The notes under the pieces were generated by a model. That model saw only the letters and a program-made list of their open reading frames with translations, had not been told where the DNA came from and made no database searches. A program made the translations under genes and the position numbers. This document shows positions 40,858 through 51,910 of a stretch of 64,000 bases of DNA, piece by piece. Every line of letters begins with the position of its first letter. Position 1 is the first letter of the stretch. Origin of the DNA: Opitutales bacterium (GTDB lineage Bacteria; Verrucomicrobiota; Verrucomicrobiia; Opitutales; PNEW01); contig CBDANS010000007.1 of assembly GCA_965197745.1 (NCBI GenBank), forward strand, positions 128,001 to 192,000, in the 5' to 3' direction.

Positions 40858-41553
40858 CTATTCGATATAAGAGGGGGTGTAGGGATCACCGAGAAAGATG
40901 AGGCGTTCTTTCATTTCGTTTAAGGCTGAACGGACTGAAGAGAAGGAGTTGGAGAGGGCTGCGTAAATGCGGTCAAGGTGATAAGTCTGGGCAAGATTAT
41001 GACTACTCGCAGCCTGAAATTGAGCGCTGCCAATAGACTCATAGTAATTCAGATTAGGGGCCGCTTTCATTTTAGCCCGATATTCAATGTGGTCGGGAAA
41101 GACCCCCGTGAGGATGAGCGCGGTATTCCCCAAGCTGGTGACAAGATAAAAGCGTGTATGAAAATCCGCACATTCGATTTCGCCCAGGACGTCGACAGCG
41201 TAAAAGAATGCTTCGCGGGCATTATGATTTGCGCCTGGGAGTTGGCGTGTAAATTGGGTCAAGACACTAGCGACGTAGTCGGCAAGCTCACCGTCTTCCA
41301 GACCAACCTCCTTGAAAACATGGCGCACCAGGATATAAAAATATAATTGGAGGGAAATTCGCAGGTGGTCCGGTGATTCAATAATAGCATTAAAGAGTGC
41401 GCGATCATCAAGGATCAGGTCTCTTGTATTTTCATCGGCTAGTAGTGAAATTAATGCCTGCTCATCTCGAAAATCCACTCTTAACACCGCCGCTATAAAA
41501 TCCATGTCAGCACGCGTCAGTTTTGATCGGCAATACGGCTGTATTACTTTCAT
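40858..41553 (-). CDS. Conserved hypothetical protein
   Basis: 231-aa ORF; LYFYILVR, DYVASVL, GN.AL.LTGVFPD motifs recalled from Verrucomicrobia hypotheticals. Confidence 0.75.
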   Translation of the reverse strand: MKVIQPYCRSKLTRADMDFIAAVLRVDFRDEQALISLLADENTRDLILDDRALFNAIIESPDHLRISLQLYFYILVRHVFKEVGLEDGELADYVASVLTQFTRQLPGANHNAREAFFYAVDVLGEIECADFHTRFYLVTSLGNTALILTGVFPDHIEYRAKMKAAPNLNYYESIGSAQFQAASSHNLAQTYHLDRIYAALSNSFSSVRSALNEMKERLIFLGDPYTPSYIE

Positions 41554-41761
41554 AATAGATAAAGTATAAAGATTTACACTATTAGTGGCAAGGAGTATTT
41601 GTCGTCTTAATAGACGTTATGTAGATTAGCATATAATTAACACCGCTATAATTTTCTAAAAATTAATTGTATTTTTAACGGTTAGAGAATAACTCACAGG
41701 TGAGGAGAAAAAATCAGATAAACAAGCTGAAACATTTATCCTGAAAAAATACAAAGACGTT

Positions 41762-43213
41762 ATGAACACTCAAAAAACAACGCCACGAACACTTAAATTT
41801 ATGGGATTGGTTTTCGCGATCGCAGGGATCGCCAGCTTAATTAAAGCACTCTTGGAATTCCAGCACGGTCAGCGGGAAGAGATTATACTGATGTTCTGTA
41901 TCGGGATCCTCTTCACCTCACTGGGGACAGGTTTTATGGTGGGAGGAAAGATTGCGAAAAATAAATTCGAGGAACGAGCACGACTGGAGGCAGAACACCC
42001 CAACGCACCCTGGAATTGGAAGAAGGAGTGGTTCAATGGACGCATCTACGGTGACAGTAAACAAAAAATGCTGATCATCTGGGCATTCGCGCTTGGTTGG
42101 AATGGATTTACCGTTCCCCTGGCCTTTATTATGGTCCCCCGCTATCTCGCCCAGGGCAACAAGCTGATCTTATTGATTTTAATTTTTCCCTTGATTGGAA
42201 TCTTTATTCTCTGGAGCGCAATCACGGCTTTACTGCGCTGGAAGCGATATGGACGATCATATTTTGAGATGGCTGCGGTTCCCGGGGTAGTCGGAGGTGA
42301 TCTTGGAGGAATGGTCAATACCAGTGTAAACATTCGGCCTGATGATGGATTTCAGCTTCAACTAAAATGCGTTCATCGCTATATCACGGGAAGTTCTAAC
42401 AACCGGCGAACAGAAGAAAAAACACTGTGGGAGCAATCTCAAGTGATGTCACATGAAGTCCTTGAAGATGATAGCAGCCGATCGGCAATACCCGTGCTTT
42501 TTTCTATTCCCTATGATTGTAAACCGACGGATGAAAGTGATACGAATGATAAAATAATCTGGCGGTTGAAGATTGAAGCGAAATTACCTGGTGTCGATTA
42601 CATGACTCAGTTTGAAGTTCCGGTGTTTCGCACTGAAGCAAGCCGTAAAGATGATGATAGGGCAGGAGAAATACCGGACCCCCTATCTGATTTTAGAGAG
42701 AAAGAGGATCCGCAAAAACGGCTGGAAGAAGTCGGGGTAAAGGTATTGAAGAATTTTAGCGGCGGAACGGTATTTAATTTTCGTTCAGGACGAAATATCG
42801 GGGCATCGGCTGGAATAACGTTTATTTTTTTTATTTGTGTGACAGCGTTATGGGCTACAATTGTTTATAACGCGCATTGGTTTGCTATTCTAATCGCGGG
42901 ATTTTTTACATTGATTCTTGGGTTGGCTTTTCTCTCATCATGGTTTACTACGGGCAAAGTCACTGTTTACGCGGATCATGTGGAGTTAATTTCTAAATTT
43001 TGCGGCCTGGGCTCCACGGTGAACATACTCACTGCTGAATTGGATTCAATCGAATTGACCGCAGGAATGACCTCGGGGGAAAAAGTTTTCTACGATCTTA
43101 TATTTCATCGTAAAGATGGGTATAAGAAAGTGGTCAGTGCACATATTGATGGACTGGTTGCAGCTGAAGCGCTGAGAAAAGCGATTGAAGGGGAGCTGAC
43201 AAAGAGCAGTTAA
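41762..43213 (+). CDS. Hypothetical multi-pass membrane protein
   Basis: 483 aa, three pairs of hydrophobic helices separated by soluble domains. Confidence 0.8.
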   Translation: MNTQKTTPRTLKFMGLVFAIAGIASLIKALLEFQHGQREEIILMFCIGILFTSLGTGFMVGGKIAKNKFEERARLEAEHPNAPWNWKKEWFNGRIYGDSKQKMLIIWAFALGWNGFTVPLAFIMVPRYLAQGNKLILLILIFPLIGIFILWSAITALLRWKRYGRSYFEMAAVPGVVGGDLGGMVNTSVNIRPDDGFQLQLKCVHRYITGSSNNRRTEEKTLWEQSQVMSHEVLEDDSSRSAIPVLFSIPYDCKPTDESDTNDKIIWRLKIEAKLPGVDYMTQFEVPVFRTEASRKDDDRAGEIPDPLSDFREKEDPQKRLEEVGVKVLKNFSGGTVFNFRSGRNIGASAGITFIFFICVTALWATIVYNAHWFAILIAGFFTLILGLAFLSSWFTTGKVTVYADHVELISKFCGLGSTVNILTAELDSIELTAGMTSGEKVFYDLIFHRKDGYKKVVSAHIDGLVAAEALRKAIEGELTKSS

Positions 43214-43271
43214 TTTCGGTCAGCGCATAGGAAAAGCGCACGCTGTTTATGGATATAAAGAAGAGTGAAAA

Positions 43272-43715
43272 TTAAAGATTCAACACCACCCATTCTTCCT
43301 CCACAGAAACCTTAAAAGATTCTACCGATGGGTCTTCCTCCTCAGCGGGGTTATCTTGAGAATCACCATTTATTTTCGTGCTTAAGGATTCCTGGGTCAC
43401 TTCGTAGGTTTTAACTTTCAGGCGGTGGGGATTAAAAAATGATTTGCCCGTAGTAATGTTAAATTCCCATCCATGCCAGGGACAGCGGAGGATACAACCA
43501 TCGTGACCGTAAAGAAATTGACCCGGACTTGAAGATAGGGTGGTCCCTCCAACCGTTCCTTGACAAAGGGGAGCTCCTTTATGGGGACAGCGGTTGAGCA
43601 GGGCATAAAACGAATTCTCAACATTAAACACACCAATTGAACGGCCGTTAATTTCCACTATTCGACGCGAACCGGTTGGCAGTTCATTCACTTTACACAC
43701 CCAAAATTTAGGCAT
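43272..43715 (-). CDS. Rieske [2Fe-2S] ferredoxin-like protein
   Basis: CPHKG...CPWHGW; start set at MPKFWV (43715). Confidence 0.9.
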   Translation of the reverse strand: MPKFWVCKVNELPTGSRRIVEINGRSIGVFNVENSFYALLNRCPHKGAPLCQGTVGGTTLSSSPGQFLYGHDGCILRCPWHGWEFNITTGKSFFNPHRLKVKTYEVTQESLSTKINGDSQDNPAEEEDPSVESFKVSVEEEWVVLNL

Positions 43716-43722
43716 ATTATTT

Positions 43723-44838
43723 TTATTGGTGTGTTGATGAAGATGCGTCCAGTCCATAGAGTTCCTGGGCATTCTGATAATAGATGCGTTTGGCCAGCTT
43801 TTCGGGTAGTGGGGGCAATGCTTTAGTGGGTGAATCAAAATCCCAATGGGGGTAATCGCTGGAAAACATGACCGTTTTCTCAGCCTGAATCATTTCCAGG
43901 ATTTGCAGTAGATGCTCCGGATTATCCGGTTCATCAACCGGCTGGGTAGTGAAACGGAGGTGTTCAACAAGATATTCGCTGGGGAGTCTTTTAAGCCAGG
44001 GGGTTTGTGAACGCAGCGATTTCCAGTTCTTATCGAGCCGCCACATAAGGTGCGGCACCCACGACAGTCCTCCTTCAACGCAGACAAAGCGAAGCGTAGG
44101 ATATTGCTCAAAAACACCTTCACAAATAAGGCTGGTTACTTGACCCATATAATTTTGCGGTATGCCAGTATGCCACTCCATATAAGTGGACGGACTGCCG
44201 GCCGAGTAACTATTAGCGATACCTTTGCCCTCTGCGCCGGGATGGATAGCTACCGGGAGATTCATTTCGCATGCAGCCTCATAAATAGGCCAATATTGCG
44301 GTCTTCCGAGAGGGGTAAGCGTTGCTGAGGCCATCAGCACTTGAACTAACTTTTGATGTGATCCCAGTCGTTTTATTTCATCAGCCGCGGATTGAGCGTC
44401 TTGGGGGGCAATCACTATGGCTCCCAGAAAGCGAGGATCTTCGGGTAACCACGCTTCAACTAACCAATCGTTATATGCGCTGGCTAAAGAAGTAGCATAG
44501 TAGGTGTCAGGAGAGACGCAGACAGATAGTATATTTCCACCGAGCAAAATGGCATAATCTATGGCGTAAGCATCGAGTAGCTGTTCGCGCATGGTGAGAG
44601 GACAGGAACCGGGGAGTCCCCCCGAAGCGGGAGCGGCATCACGACGAAGGACACCGTGCGGATTGACCAACCCTAAATTATCGGGAAGGGTAATCCCGCG
44701 TTCATGAAGCGCCCTGGGGAGATACTTAATAATATCCTGGGGTGAATTCCAGTATTGGTGCACATCACAATCGATTAAGCTCAATGAGGAACCGGACTTT
44801 GAGCGGGGTGATGAACTTTCAGAGGGCGCAGTTTTCAC
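43723..44838 (-). CDS. Amidohydrolase_2-family protein (possible dinuclear-metal oxygenase)
   Basis: DCDVH, VAIHP, VEGG, TTQP, FSSDYPHWDFD; coupled to the Rieske gene. Confidence 0.88.
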   Translation of the reverse strand: MKTAPSESSSPRSKSGSSLSLIDCDVHQYWNSPQDIIKYLPRALHERGITLPDNLGLVNPHGVLRRDAAPASGGLPGSCPLTMREQLLDAYAIDYAILLGGNILSVCVSPDTYYATSLASAYNDWLVEAWLPEDPRFLGAIVIAPQDAQSAADEIKRLGSHQKLVQVLMASATLTPLGRPQYWPIYEAACEMNLPVAIHPGAEGKGIANSYSAGSPSTYMEWHTGIPQNYMGQVTSLICEGVFEQYPTLRFVCVEGGLSWVPHLMWRLDKNWKSLRSQTPWLKRLPSEYLVEHLRFTTQPVDEPDNPEHLLQILEMIQAEKTVMFSSDYPHWDFDSPTKALPPLPEKLAKRIYYQNAQELYGLDASSSTHQ

Positions 44839-45007
44839 GGCAATTAAATAGAGCAGCTAAAATAGGACCGTAGAAATAAATGACACCTTAGATTTAATCA
44901 AACTTTTAGATAATAGTGTTAACAGGGATTTAGATAGGCTTTACAATTAAAGATAACCTGACAGTCTGTGATTTTCGAATTTTACAAATCACAATCCGGA
45001 GTAATAT

Positions 45008-45946
45008 ATGTCTAATCGTGTAGTTTATTTAAATGGTAATTACGTTCCTGAAGTTGATGCGCGGATATCTATTTTTGACTGCGCCCTGATGTATGGAGAT
45101 ATGTTGTTTGAAATGACCCGCGCCTTCAATCAGAAACCCTTTCGGTTGCGCGAGCATCTTGAGCGTCTCTATGGTTCTCTTCGTTATGCTGAGATCGATT
45201 GTGGTCTGACCATTGATGAAATGGAAGAGGCGACGCTGCAGACTATAGAAAAAAATCTGCCCGCGTTAGAGGGATTAGATTTTCAGATTATGCATGACGT
45301 TACCCGGGGTGGGATGTCCTTTTATGAAGCTATAGTCAAAGAGGGAACATCGCCTATTGTGAGTATTAATGTCTTTCCACTTATTCGACATCAGGGGCAG
45401 ATGGCGGCAAAATATGAAAAAGGGGCCCATGCAATTGTCCCTGCGCAACAATCCGTGCCTTCACGGTATATTGATCCGAAATGTAAAAATCGCAGCCGAA
45501 TTTTTTATAAATTAGCAGATATTCAAGTTGGTAAGATGGATATAGATGCGATGGCACTGTTGACGGATGAACATGGGTTTATTACCGAAGGGACCGGAAA
45601 CAACTTTTTTATGGCCAAGGATGGGGAGATCTATACTCCCAAACCGCATAATATATTACGGGGCGTATCACGTCATGCCTGCATGGATTATGCCACCGCG
45701 CTCGGGATCCCCGTCCATGAGGCAGATATTGAACCGTATGATCTGCGCGCCGCGGATGAAGCCTGGTATTCCAGTACTACCGTTTGTATTGGCCCTATAA
45801 CAAAATTTGATTTCCACCCCGTTGGCGTGGGTAAACCGGGCCCCATTTTCAAGAAACTGATTCAGGCGTGGTCCGATGATGTAGGCGTGGATATTATTGG
45901 CCAAGCCTGTGAATACGCAAAATTGATGGACAGCTGGAAAGCCTGA
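45008..45946 (+). CDS. Class IV PLP aminotransferase (IlvE/Dat-like)
   Basis: YGDMLFE, FRLREHLERL, EGTGNNFF, ILRGVSR. Confidence 0.9.
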   Translation: MSNRVVYLNGNYVPEVDARISIFDCALMYGDMLFEMTRAFNQKPFRLREHLERLYGSLRYAEIDCGLTIDEMEEATLQTIEKNLPALEGLDFQIMHDVTRGGMSFYEAIVKEGTSPIVSINVFPLIRHQGQMAAKYEKGAHAIVPAQQSVPSRYIDPKCKNRSRIFYKLADIQVGKMDIDAMALLTDEHGFITEGTGNNFFMAKDGEIYTPKPHNILRGVSRHACMDYATALGIPVHEADIEPYDLRAADEAWYSSTTVCIGPITKFDFHPVGVGKPGPIFKKLIQAWSDDVGVDIIGQACEYAKLMDSWKA

Positions 45947-46176
45947 TGGCGAGGACGGGTTTATAAGAATAAACGGCATCATTGAATAGAGATGCCAGAA
46001 ACCTCATTGATATATTTCGCACTATTGCGTTCTTAATCAGTGGAATAAGAGTAGCGAGGGTTTTCAATTGCCAAAACAAAAATCAATGGGTATTCTATAG
46101 ATACAACCATAAACGTATAAATATACTGCTTCAAGAACTGGCCCAGGCAGTAAGATGCGTTGATGAATACCGATAT

Positions 46177-48186
46177 ATGGATCCCTTAAATAGAATATCT
46201 GCTATTAAACAATTTGTTTCAGGCCTGTTCTCTAAGCTGTCCTCTCGACCGGAGGGGATTGTTATTCTTGTCCTGACAATGCTCACTGCCTGCACTACTA
46301 ATGTAGTAGAATATTCACCGGATATTCCTCACTACGAAACCGCGGAAGAATATTATCATGAGGGGACAAAGTTGGCACAATCCTCCGATTGGGAAGGCGC
46401 ACTCACCCACTATTCAGAAGCACTTCGATTAAAACCAGAATGGGCTGAAATCTATCTTTTACGCGGGGTAACACTCTATAAAAAAATGGACGCAGAAGGG
46501 GCGATCGCGGACTTCACTCAGGCCATTCATTATCTCGAAGAGGAATCTCTACCTGGCAATCAAATATCGACGGACCAGGGTGATGCGTCTAATGAAGAAA
46601 ATGAACTGGTGGATTACGATGGTGCTCCGCCGGGCTCCAGATTGGCCACGGCTTATCATTACCGCGCGCTGGCTAAATCGCTCTTAAACGATTGGGATGG
46701 ATCGATTGAAGATTTCACCGAGGCAATACGTCTTAATCCAGATTTAATAAATGCTTACACAAGTCGTGGCGTATCCAAAGTCCAGAATGGCGATCTTGAG
46801 GGTGCGATTGATGATTTTACAACAACTCTTCATCTAAACCCCCTCGATGTATATACATATATGCGTCGCGGTATGGCCAAAGCCCAAATCGACGATGTGA
46901 CCGGTGCCCTGATAGACTTCACCCGAGTTATTCATTTAAATCCAGAAAATGTCACTGCTTATATTAAACGTGGTAACATTAAATCTGAGTTAGGGAATCT
47001 TGATGGAGCGGTTGCCGATTATACTGCGGCACTCATACGCGATCCCAGCAGAACTAACGCCTTGTTGAAACGCGGCTTTGTCTTAGTAAGAATGGATAAA
47101 TTTGAAGCGGCCTCTGACGATTATGATCTGGTCATTGGGCTTACACCTGAAAACGCTATCGCCTATGTGGGGCGCGGATTCACCCGGGTGAATACGGGTG
47201 ATCTGGAAGGCGCGTTGAAAGATTTTTCAAAAGCCATTGAATATGATCCCGATATTCTGCTGGCCTATTTCTACCGTGGCGGGGTTTACCGGCAATTGAA
47301 TCAATTGGATAGAGCTATAGCTGACTATACTGAAGTCATTAAACTGGATCCCGGGCACGCGGGAGCCTGGCAGGCTCGAGGACTGACCCTTTCTTTGAAA
47401 GGGAATTTCTCGGATGCCATTGTCGATTTCGACCGAAGTTTAAAACTCGATCCTGACAGTCCAGACTCCTGGTTTTTGCGTGCCCAGACCAAGTCCAAGC
47501 AAGGTGAACTTGAGAGCGCCCTCATTGATTACAATGAAGCAGCTAAACGTGATCCCACGAGTGTAAACATATACATAAACCGGGGTTCGATAAAAGCCGA
47601 ATTGGGTGATGCGCCAGGCGCCATTGCCGATTTTTCATTCGCTATTAAGCAAGAGCCCGAATTATCGCTTGCTCACTTGGATCGTGGTTTCTATTTTTAT
47701 GTGGTCGGTGACGACAGCGGAGCGATTGAAGATTTGCGAAGGGCGCTTGAACTGGTTTCCCGCCATGAATCGAGAGATTACCAGGATTCAATGGATTATC
47801 TCACTTTGTGGGAGTGGTTGGCGCGGCAACGTCAAGGGCAGCATGAAATTGCCAATGAACGGGTGAAATCACACCTCAACTCCCGATCTCAGGAGTTCTC
47901 CGGAGATTGGTATGAAAGTCTCGCAAGATTTCTCCTCGATGAAATAAGTGAAGGAAAATTAATCAATACCGCGGAAGCACACAAAGATCCGAAAAAGAGA
48001 ATTGGTCAACGCTGTGAGGCTTACTTTTATGCGGCAAACAAGTGTCTCTTGAGTGGCGATGTGGAAAAAGCAATTATCCTCCTGAAAAAATGTATAGCTA
48101 CCGGTTATCGAGAGTATTATGAATTTAAGGGAGCCAAAATCCAGCTTCAAGCGCTCAATGTTGAAGATACGTCGCAAACCCTGTAG
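46177..48186 (+). CDS. TPR-repeat lipoprotein with NlpI-like C-terminus
   Basis: LTAC lipobox, many 34-aa TPRs, C-terminal CEAYFY...EYYEF; start set at MDPLNR. Confidence 0.85.
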   Translation: MDPLNRISAIKQFVSGLFSKLSSRPEGIVILVLTMLTACTTNVVEYSPDIPHYETAEEYYHEGTKLAQSSDWEGALTHYSEALRLKPEWAEIYLLRGVTLYKKMDAEGAIADFTQAIHYLEEESLPGNQISTDQGDASNEENELVDYDGAPPGSRLATAYHYRALAKSLLNDWDGSIEDFTEAIRLNPDLINAYTSRGVSKVQNGDLEGAIDDFTTTLHLNPLDVYTYMRRGMAKAQIDDVTGALIDFTRVIHLNPENVTAYIKRGNIKSELGNLDGAVADYTAALIRDPSRTNALLKRGFVLVRMDKFEAASDDYDLVIGLTPENAIAYVGRGFTRVNTGDLEGALKDFSKAIEYDPDILLAYFYRGGVYRQLNQLDRAIADYTEVIKLDPGHAGAWQARGLTLSLKGNFSDAIVDFDRSLKLDPDSPDSWFLRAQTKSKQGELESALIDYNEAAKRDPTSVNIYINRGSIKAELGDAPGAIADFSFAIKQEPELSLAHLDRGFYFYVVGDDSGAIEDLRRALELVSRHESRDYQDSMDYLTLWEWLARQRQGQHEIANERVKSHLNSRSQEFSGDWYESLARFLLDEISEGKLINTAEAHKDPKKRIGQRCEAYFYAANKCLLSGDVEKAIILLKKCIATGYREYYEFKGAKIQLQALNVEDTSQTL

Positions 48187-48334
48187 GGGGTAAAATAAGA
48201 GAGGATTCCTGAGTGGAAGATACTCGCGAGATTTCTGATTGATGATTCGATTCAATTGCGGTATGGCACTGAGAGATTAATATAAAACCCTGTTAATCAG
48301 CTACTGAAGTCGTGGCACTGTTACAGGAATCATT

Positions 48335-49522
48335 ATGAAGCAAAGTGCAGATGTTATTATTATTGGCGGTGGTGTTACGGGATTAAGCACGGCAATTCAT
48401 CTTAAGGAACTCGGTATTAAAGAAGTTGTCGTTCTGGAAAGACACTTTATCGGATCGGGTCAATCAGGGCGCGCCGCAGGTGTCATACGGGGGACGGTTC
48501 GCCATCCCACGGTTTCCGACACACAACTCGAAGGGCAAGCATTCTTTAACTCCTTTGAAGAGCGCTTTGGAATTCCCATTGAAGTTAATCAAACCGGGTA
48601 TATTCTGATAGGTAAAGCCAGCGATCGGGAATTTATTAAAGGCACGATCGCGGTTGCGAGTGCCGCGGGATGTGATTTGAAACAGATAGATGCTAAGGAA
48701 GCAGAAGCGCTTCAACCCGGATTGGGCACGACCAACGATGACATTTTTGTCTTTGAGCCTGGCGGATTACATGTGGATCCGATGCCGGCAACACATGCTT
48801 TGTCCCGTGCCGCCATAAAATTGGGTGTGAGGATTGTTGAAGGATGTGCGGTTGGGGATTTACGAGTAAAAAAAGATAAAGTAACAGGGGTTAAAAGTGC
48901 ATCTGGAGATTTTGATGCCCCTAAAATTCTTATTGCCACTTCGGTATGGGGGCAACCGCAACTTGCCAGGCTGGGGATAGATGTCCCCGTGCGCCCCCAT
49001 ATCGCGGAAATGGGTTTTTTCCAGGTTGGACATGGTTCTAAAGACCGGCTCCGCCTCATAATCTTCGATTCGAGAGCAAATATATACATGCGTCCGGAAG
49101 GTGAGCGCCAAATATTTGTCGGTCGGAGAGAGGACGCTTATGAGCAGGAAAACGGAAATCCGATCGACCCTGACAATTATAAACAAACGGCCAATTTTCA
49201 TTCTCTTGACGAAATGCACAAGAATCTTCAGATCACGCTTCCTTTCATGAATGACGGGTTTGCGCACCGAACCTATGCCTGTACTTATGATATTACATCC
49301 GATCATATGCCAATACTTGATAAGGCTGAGGATATTATCGGCCTCTATTTTGCGGTCGGTTTTAGTGGAGGCGGATTTTCCACTTCTCCCTGGGTGGGAA
49401 AACGTATGGCTGCGCTCATTGCCAATGACGCCCTCCCTTCTGATTTAGAAGTGTTTAAATCCGGACGCTTTGCGGAGGGAAAAATTATTGAGTGGGCCAA
49501 TACTCCGAAAGTTGAAAAATAA
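48335..49522 (+). CDS. FAD-dependent oxidoreductase (DAO/sarcosine oxidase beta-like)
   Basis: IGGGVTG, SGQSGRAAG, YDITSD..P, GFSGGGF. Confidence 0.9.
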   Translation: MKQSADVIIIGGGVTGLSTAIHLKELGIKEVVVLERHFIGSGQSGRAAGVIRGTVRHPTVSDTQLEGQAFFNSFEERFGIPIEVNQTGYILIGKASDREFIKGTIAVASAAGCDLKQIDAKEAEALQPGLGTTNDDIFVFEPGGLHVDPMPATHALSRAAIKLGVRIVEGCAVGDLRVKKDKVTGVKSASGDFDAPKILIATSVWGQPQLARLGIDVPVRPHIAEMGFFQVGHGSKDRLRLIIFDSRANIYMRPEGERQIFVGRREDAYEQENGNPIDPDNYKQTANFHSLDEMHKNLQITLPFMNDGFAHRTYACTYDITSDHMPILDKAEDIIGLYFAVGFSGGGFSTSPWVGKRMAALIANDALPSDLEVFKSGRFAEGKIIEWANTPKVEK

Positions 49523-49530
49523 GTCAGGCG

Positions 49531-50403
49531 GTGAATAGACAGGAAAAAGTAATTACCCCTTCAGAAATAGACATCGCTACCTATTGGGATCGCGGCTATT
49601 GGATTAGCCCTAAGCTTATCAGCGACGAACATATTATCACCCTGCGAAAAGCAGTTATCCGCATTATTGAAGGTGATTTTGATGGTGATGGCTTTTACTA
49701 TTTAGGTGCTTGGGAAAAACCGGATGATGAGACGGCGATCCGCAAAATTCAAAATGGCTGGTGGGTTAATGATGAAGTGATGAAGATCGTATCTTCTCCT
49801 GTTATCGGCCGCATAGCAGCGAAATTGATGAAAAGTGATGAAGCGCGGCTCTGGCATGATCAGGTAATATTAAAACCGGGATCAGGCAGTGATGCCACCG
49901 ATGCGGGCAATGTTGGCTGGCATCAGGACTATGCTTACTGGCAGTGCACAAACACCGATAATCTTATCAGCGTATGGATCGCCCTACAAGATACGGATTT
50001 AAATAATGGGGCAATGCGCACGCTGGCCTGCTCTCACAAACAGGGAGTAATCGAAAATAGTAACACTTTTACGGAAAAAAATCTCGATTCATTGCGTGAT
50101 CGTTTCGAAGAGAAATTTAACATGCCATGGATTGATGAGCCATGTATTCTCAAGGCGGGCCAGGCAAGCTTTCATCACGCATTGTGTTTTCATGGTTCGG
50201 GTAAAAATTTAACCGATCTACCCCGCCTTTCCGTTGTTGGTCATTATATGCCGCATGGGTGTGCTTACAAGCCACATGGGCAATGGCACAGCAACATCCA
50301 ATTTCTCGGATCTCGGCCTTACGCAGGACAACTATTTGACAACGAATATTTCCCGCTCGCTTATTCCGAAGCCCTAGAAATTTCTAACAGCAACAGCAAT
50401 TAA
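49531..50403 (+). CDS. Phytanoyl-CoA dioxygenase (PhyH)-family Fe(II)/2OG enzyme
   Basis: WHQD, WIAL.D....NG, GSH-like ACSH, HGS..N....R. Confidence 0.92.
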   Translation: MNRQEKVITPSEIDIATYWDRGYWISPKLISDEHIITLRKAVIRIIEGDFDGDGFYYLGAWEKPDDETAIRKIQNGWWVNDEVMKIVSSPVIGRIAAKLMKSDEARLWHDQVILKPGSGSDATDAGNVGWHQDYAYWQCTNTDNLISVWIALQDTDLNNGAMRTLACSHKQGVIENSNTFTEKNLDSLRDRFEEKFNMPWIDEPCILKAGQASFHHALCFHGSGKNLTDLPRLSVVGHYMPHGCAYKPHGQWHSNIQFLGSRPYAGQLFDNEYFPLAYSEALEISNSNSN

Positions 50404-50609
50404 AATATAAATTTCTCTATCGAGAGAATTAGAGTAATTATATTATCCTTTATCTATAGTATACTCTGATATCATATAAGCGAAGAAATCGAATGCCCCG
50501 GATCTTTACCACTGATTACTTTAAATGTTTTTATTTTTCAATGAGCTTACTCGTATTGAAAATGGGTAACCTGCTCATCCCCATAAGAAATAACAAGAAA
50601 TAAAATCCC

Positions 50610-51842
50610 ATGGAGAAGACGCACTGCCGATTCGACGACCTCTTACTGTCAAACGATTATTCAGAACGGTTATACGAGAATTACGATATACTGCGGTCGG
50701 AAGAACCGATCTACTGGAGTGACGCCTGGACCTCCTGGGTCTTGACCCGTTACGATGATGGGGTTGATTGTCTCAAAAATATCAAAGATTTTTCCTCGGT
50801 TGGACGGACCCTTCGGTTTATGGACCAGATCCCCGAGGAAGAGCGCCATCGCTTCAAAGCACTCAGAGAGCATTACGAGGATGGGGGACTGATAAATAAA
50901 GATCCCCCAGACCATACCCGCCTGAGAAAACTGGTGCTGAAAGCATTTTCCCCTCGGCTCGTTGAACAAATGCGCGGCATGGTAATTGATCTGGTGAATG
51001 ATTTGATTGATAACATTCAGGGCAAAAAGCAGATGGAGATGTTTCGCGATTTTGCTTTTCCTTTACCCGCGATATTAATCGCCGGCATATTGGGTGTGCC
51101 CCCGGAAGACCGTGAGTTGTTCAAGGACTGGTCGAGAAAGATATTGCTTTTTACAGGATCGGGTCGAATCAATCTTGATTTCGCGGAAAAGGCACAGGAG
51201 AGCCGGGTAGCCATGAGTAATTACTTCAGGCAACTCATGGGGGAGCGCCTAAAGGAACCGCAGGATGATCTCATCAGCGCCCTGGCTTCAGCGAGAGAAG
51301 ATAATGATCTGCTTACGGAAACTGAATTGGTCACGACCTGTGGGGTTCTGCTGGTTGCCGGTCACGAGACTACAGCCAACCTTATAACCAATGGCTTTTT
51401 CGCTTTATTTCAAAACCCTGATCAATTAGGGGAACTGAAGGACAATGCTTCACTCATTCCCAATGCGCTCGAAGAATTTCTGCGCTATGACAGTCCATTA
51501 CAGAGTATTCCCAGGTTAGTTACAAGGGACATCACGTTTCGTGGAAAGGAATTTAAAAAGGGTGATCTTGTGACTGTAATAATTGGCGCGGCGAACAGGG
51601 ACCCCGCTCATTTTTCAGATCCCCACCGATTGGACATTCATCGCAAAGACAACGATCATATCGCTTTCGGGCATAGCGTTCATTTTTGCCTTGGTGCGGC
51701 TCTTGCCCGAATGGAAGTTCCCATAGCTTATGAGACCCTGTTTCGCAGACTGCTCAATCTGCGGTTGAAAGGGGATTCGCCCAAGTGGAAACTCAGTATG
51801 TCTCTTCGTAGCCTGGAATCGTTAGATGTTGCTTTTGACTGA
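50610..51842 (+). CDS. Cytochrome P450
   Basis: DPPDHTRLR, AGHETT, EFLR, FGHSVHFCLG. Confidence 0.96.
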   Translation: MEKTHCRFDDLLLSNDYSERLYENYDILRSEEPIYWSDAWTSWVLTRYDDGVDCLKNIKDFSSVGRTLRFMDQIPEEERHRFKALREHYEDGGLINKDPPDHTRLRKLVLKAFSPRLVEQMRGMVIDLVNDLIDNIQGKKQMEMFRDFAFPLPAILIAGILGVPPEDRELFKDWSRKILLFTGSGRINLDFAEKAQESRVAMSNYFRQLMGERLKEPQDDLISALASAREDNDLLTETELVTTCGVLLVAGHETTANLITNGFFALFQNPDQLGELKDNASLIPNALEEFLRYDSPLQSIPRLVTRDITFRGKEFKKGDLVTVIIGAANRDPAHFSDPHRLDIHRKDNDHIAFGHSVHFCLGAALARMEVPIAYETLFRRLLNLRLKGDSPKWKLSMSLRSLESLDVAFD

Positions 51843-51910
51843 TCGATAGGCAAAAGATTAAAAAATATCACTTTAGGATTCGGAATAATAAAATTCAGAG
51901 CGACAAAACA

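Noticed and set aside
45982..46176. N-terminal extensions in the ORF track (also 17532, 18709, 43838, 58990)
   Set aside because: Downstream ATGs match the family N-termini better; extensions overlap neighbours or look non-coding
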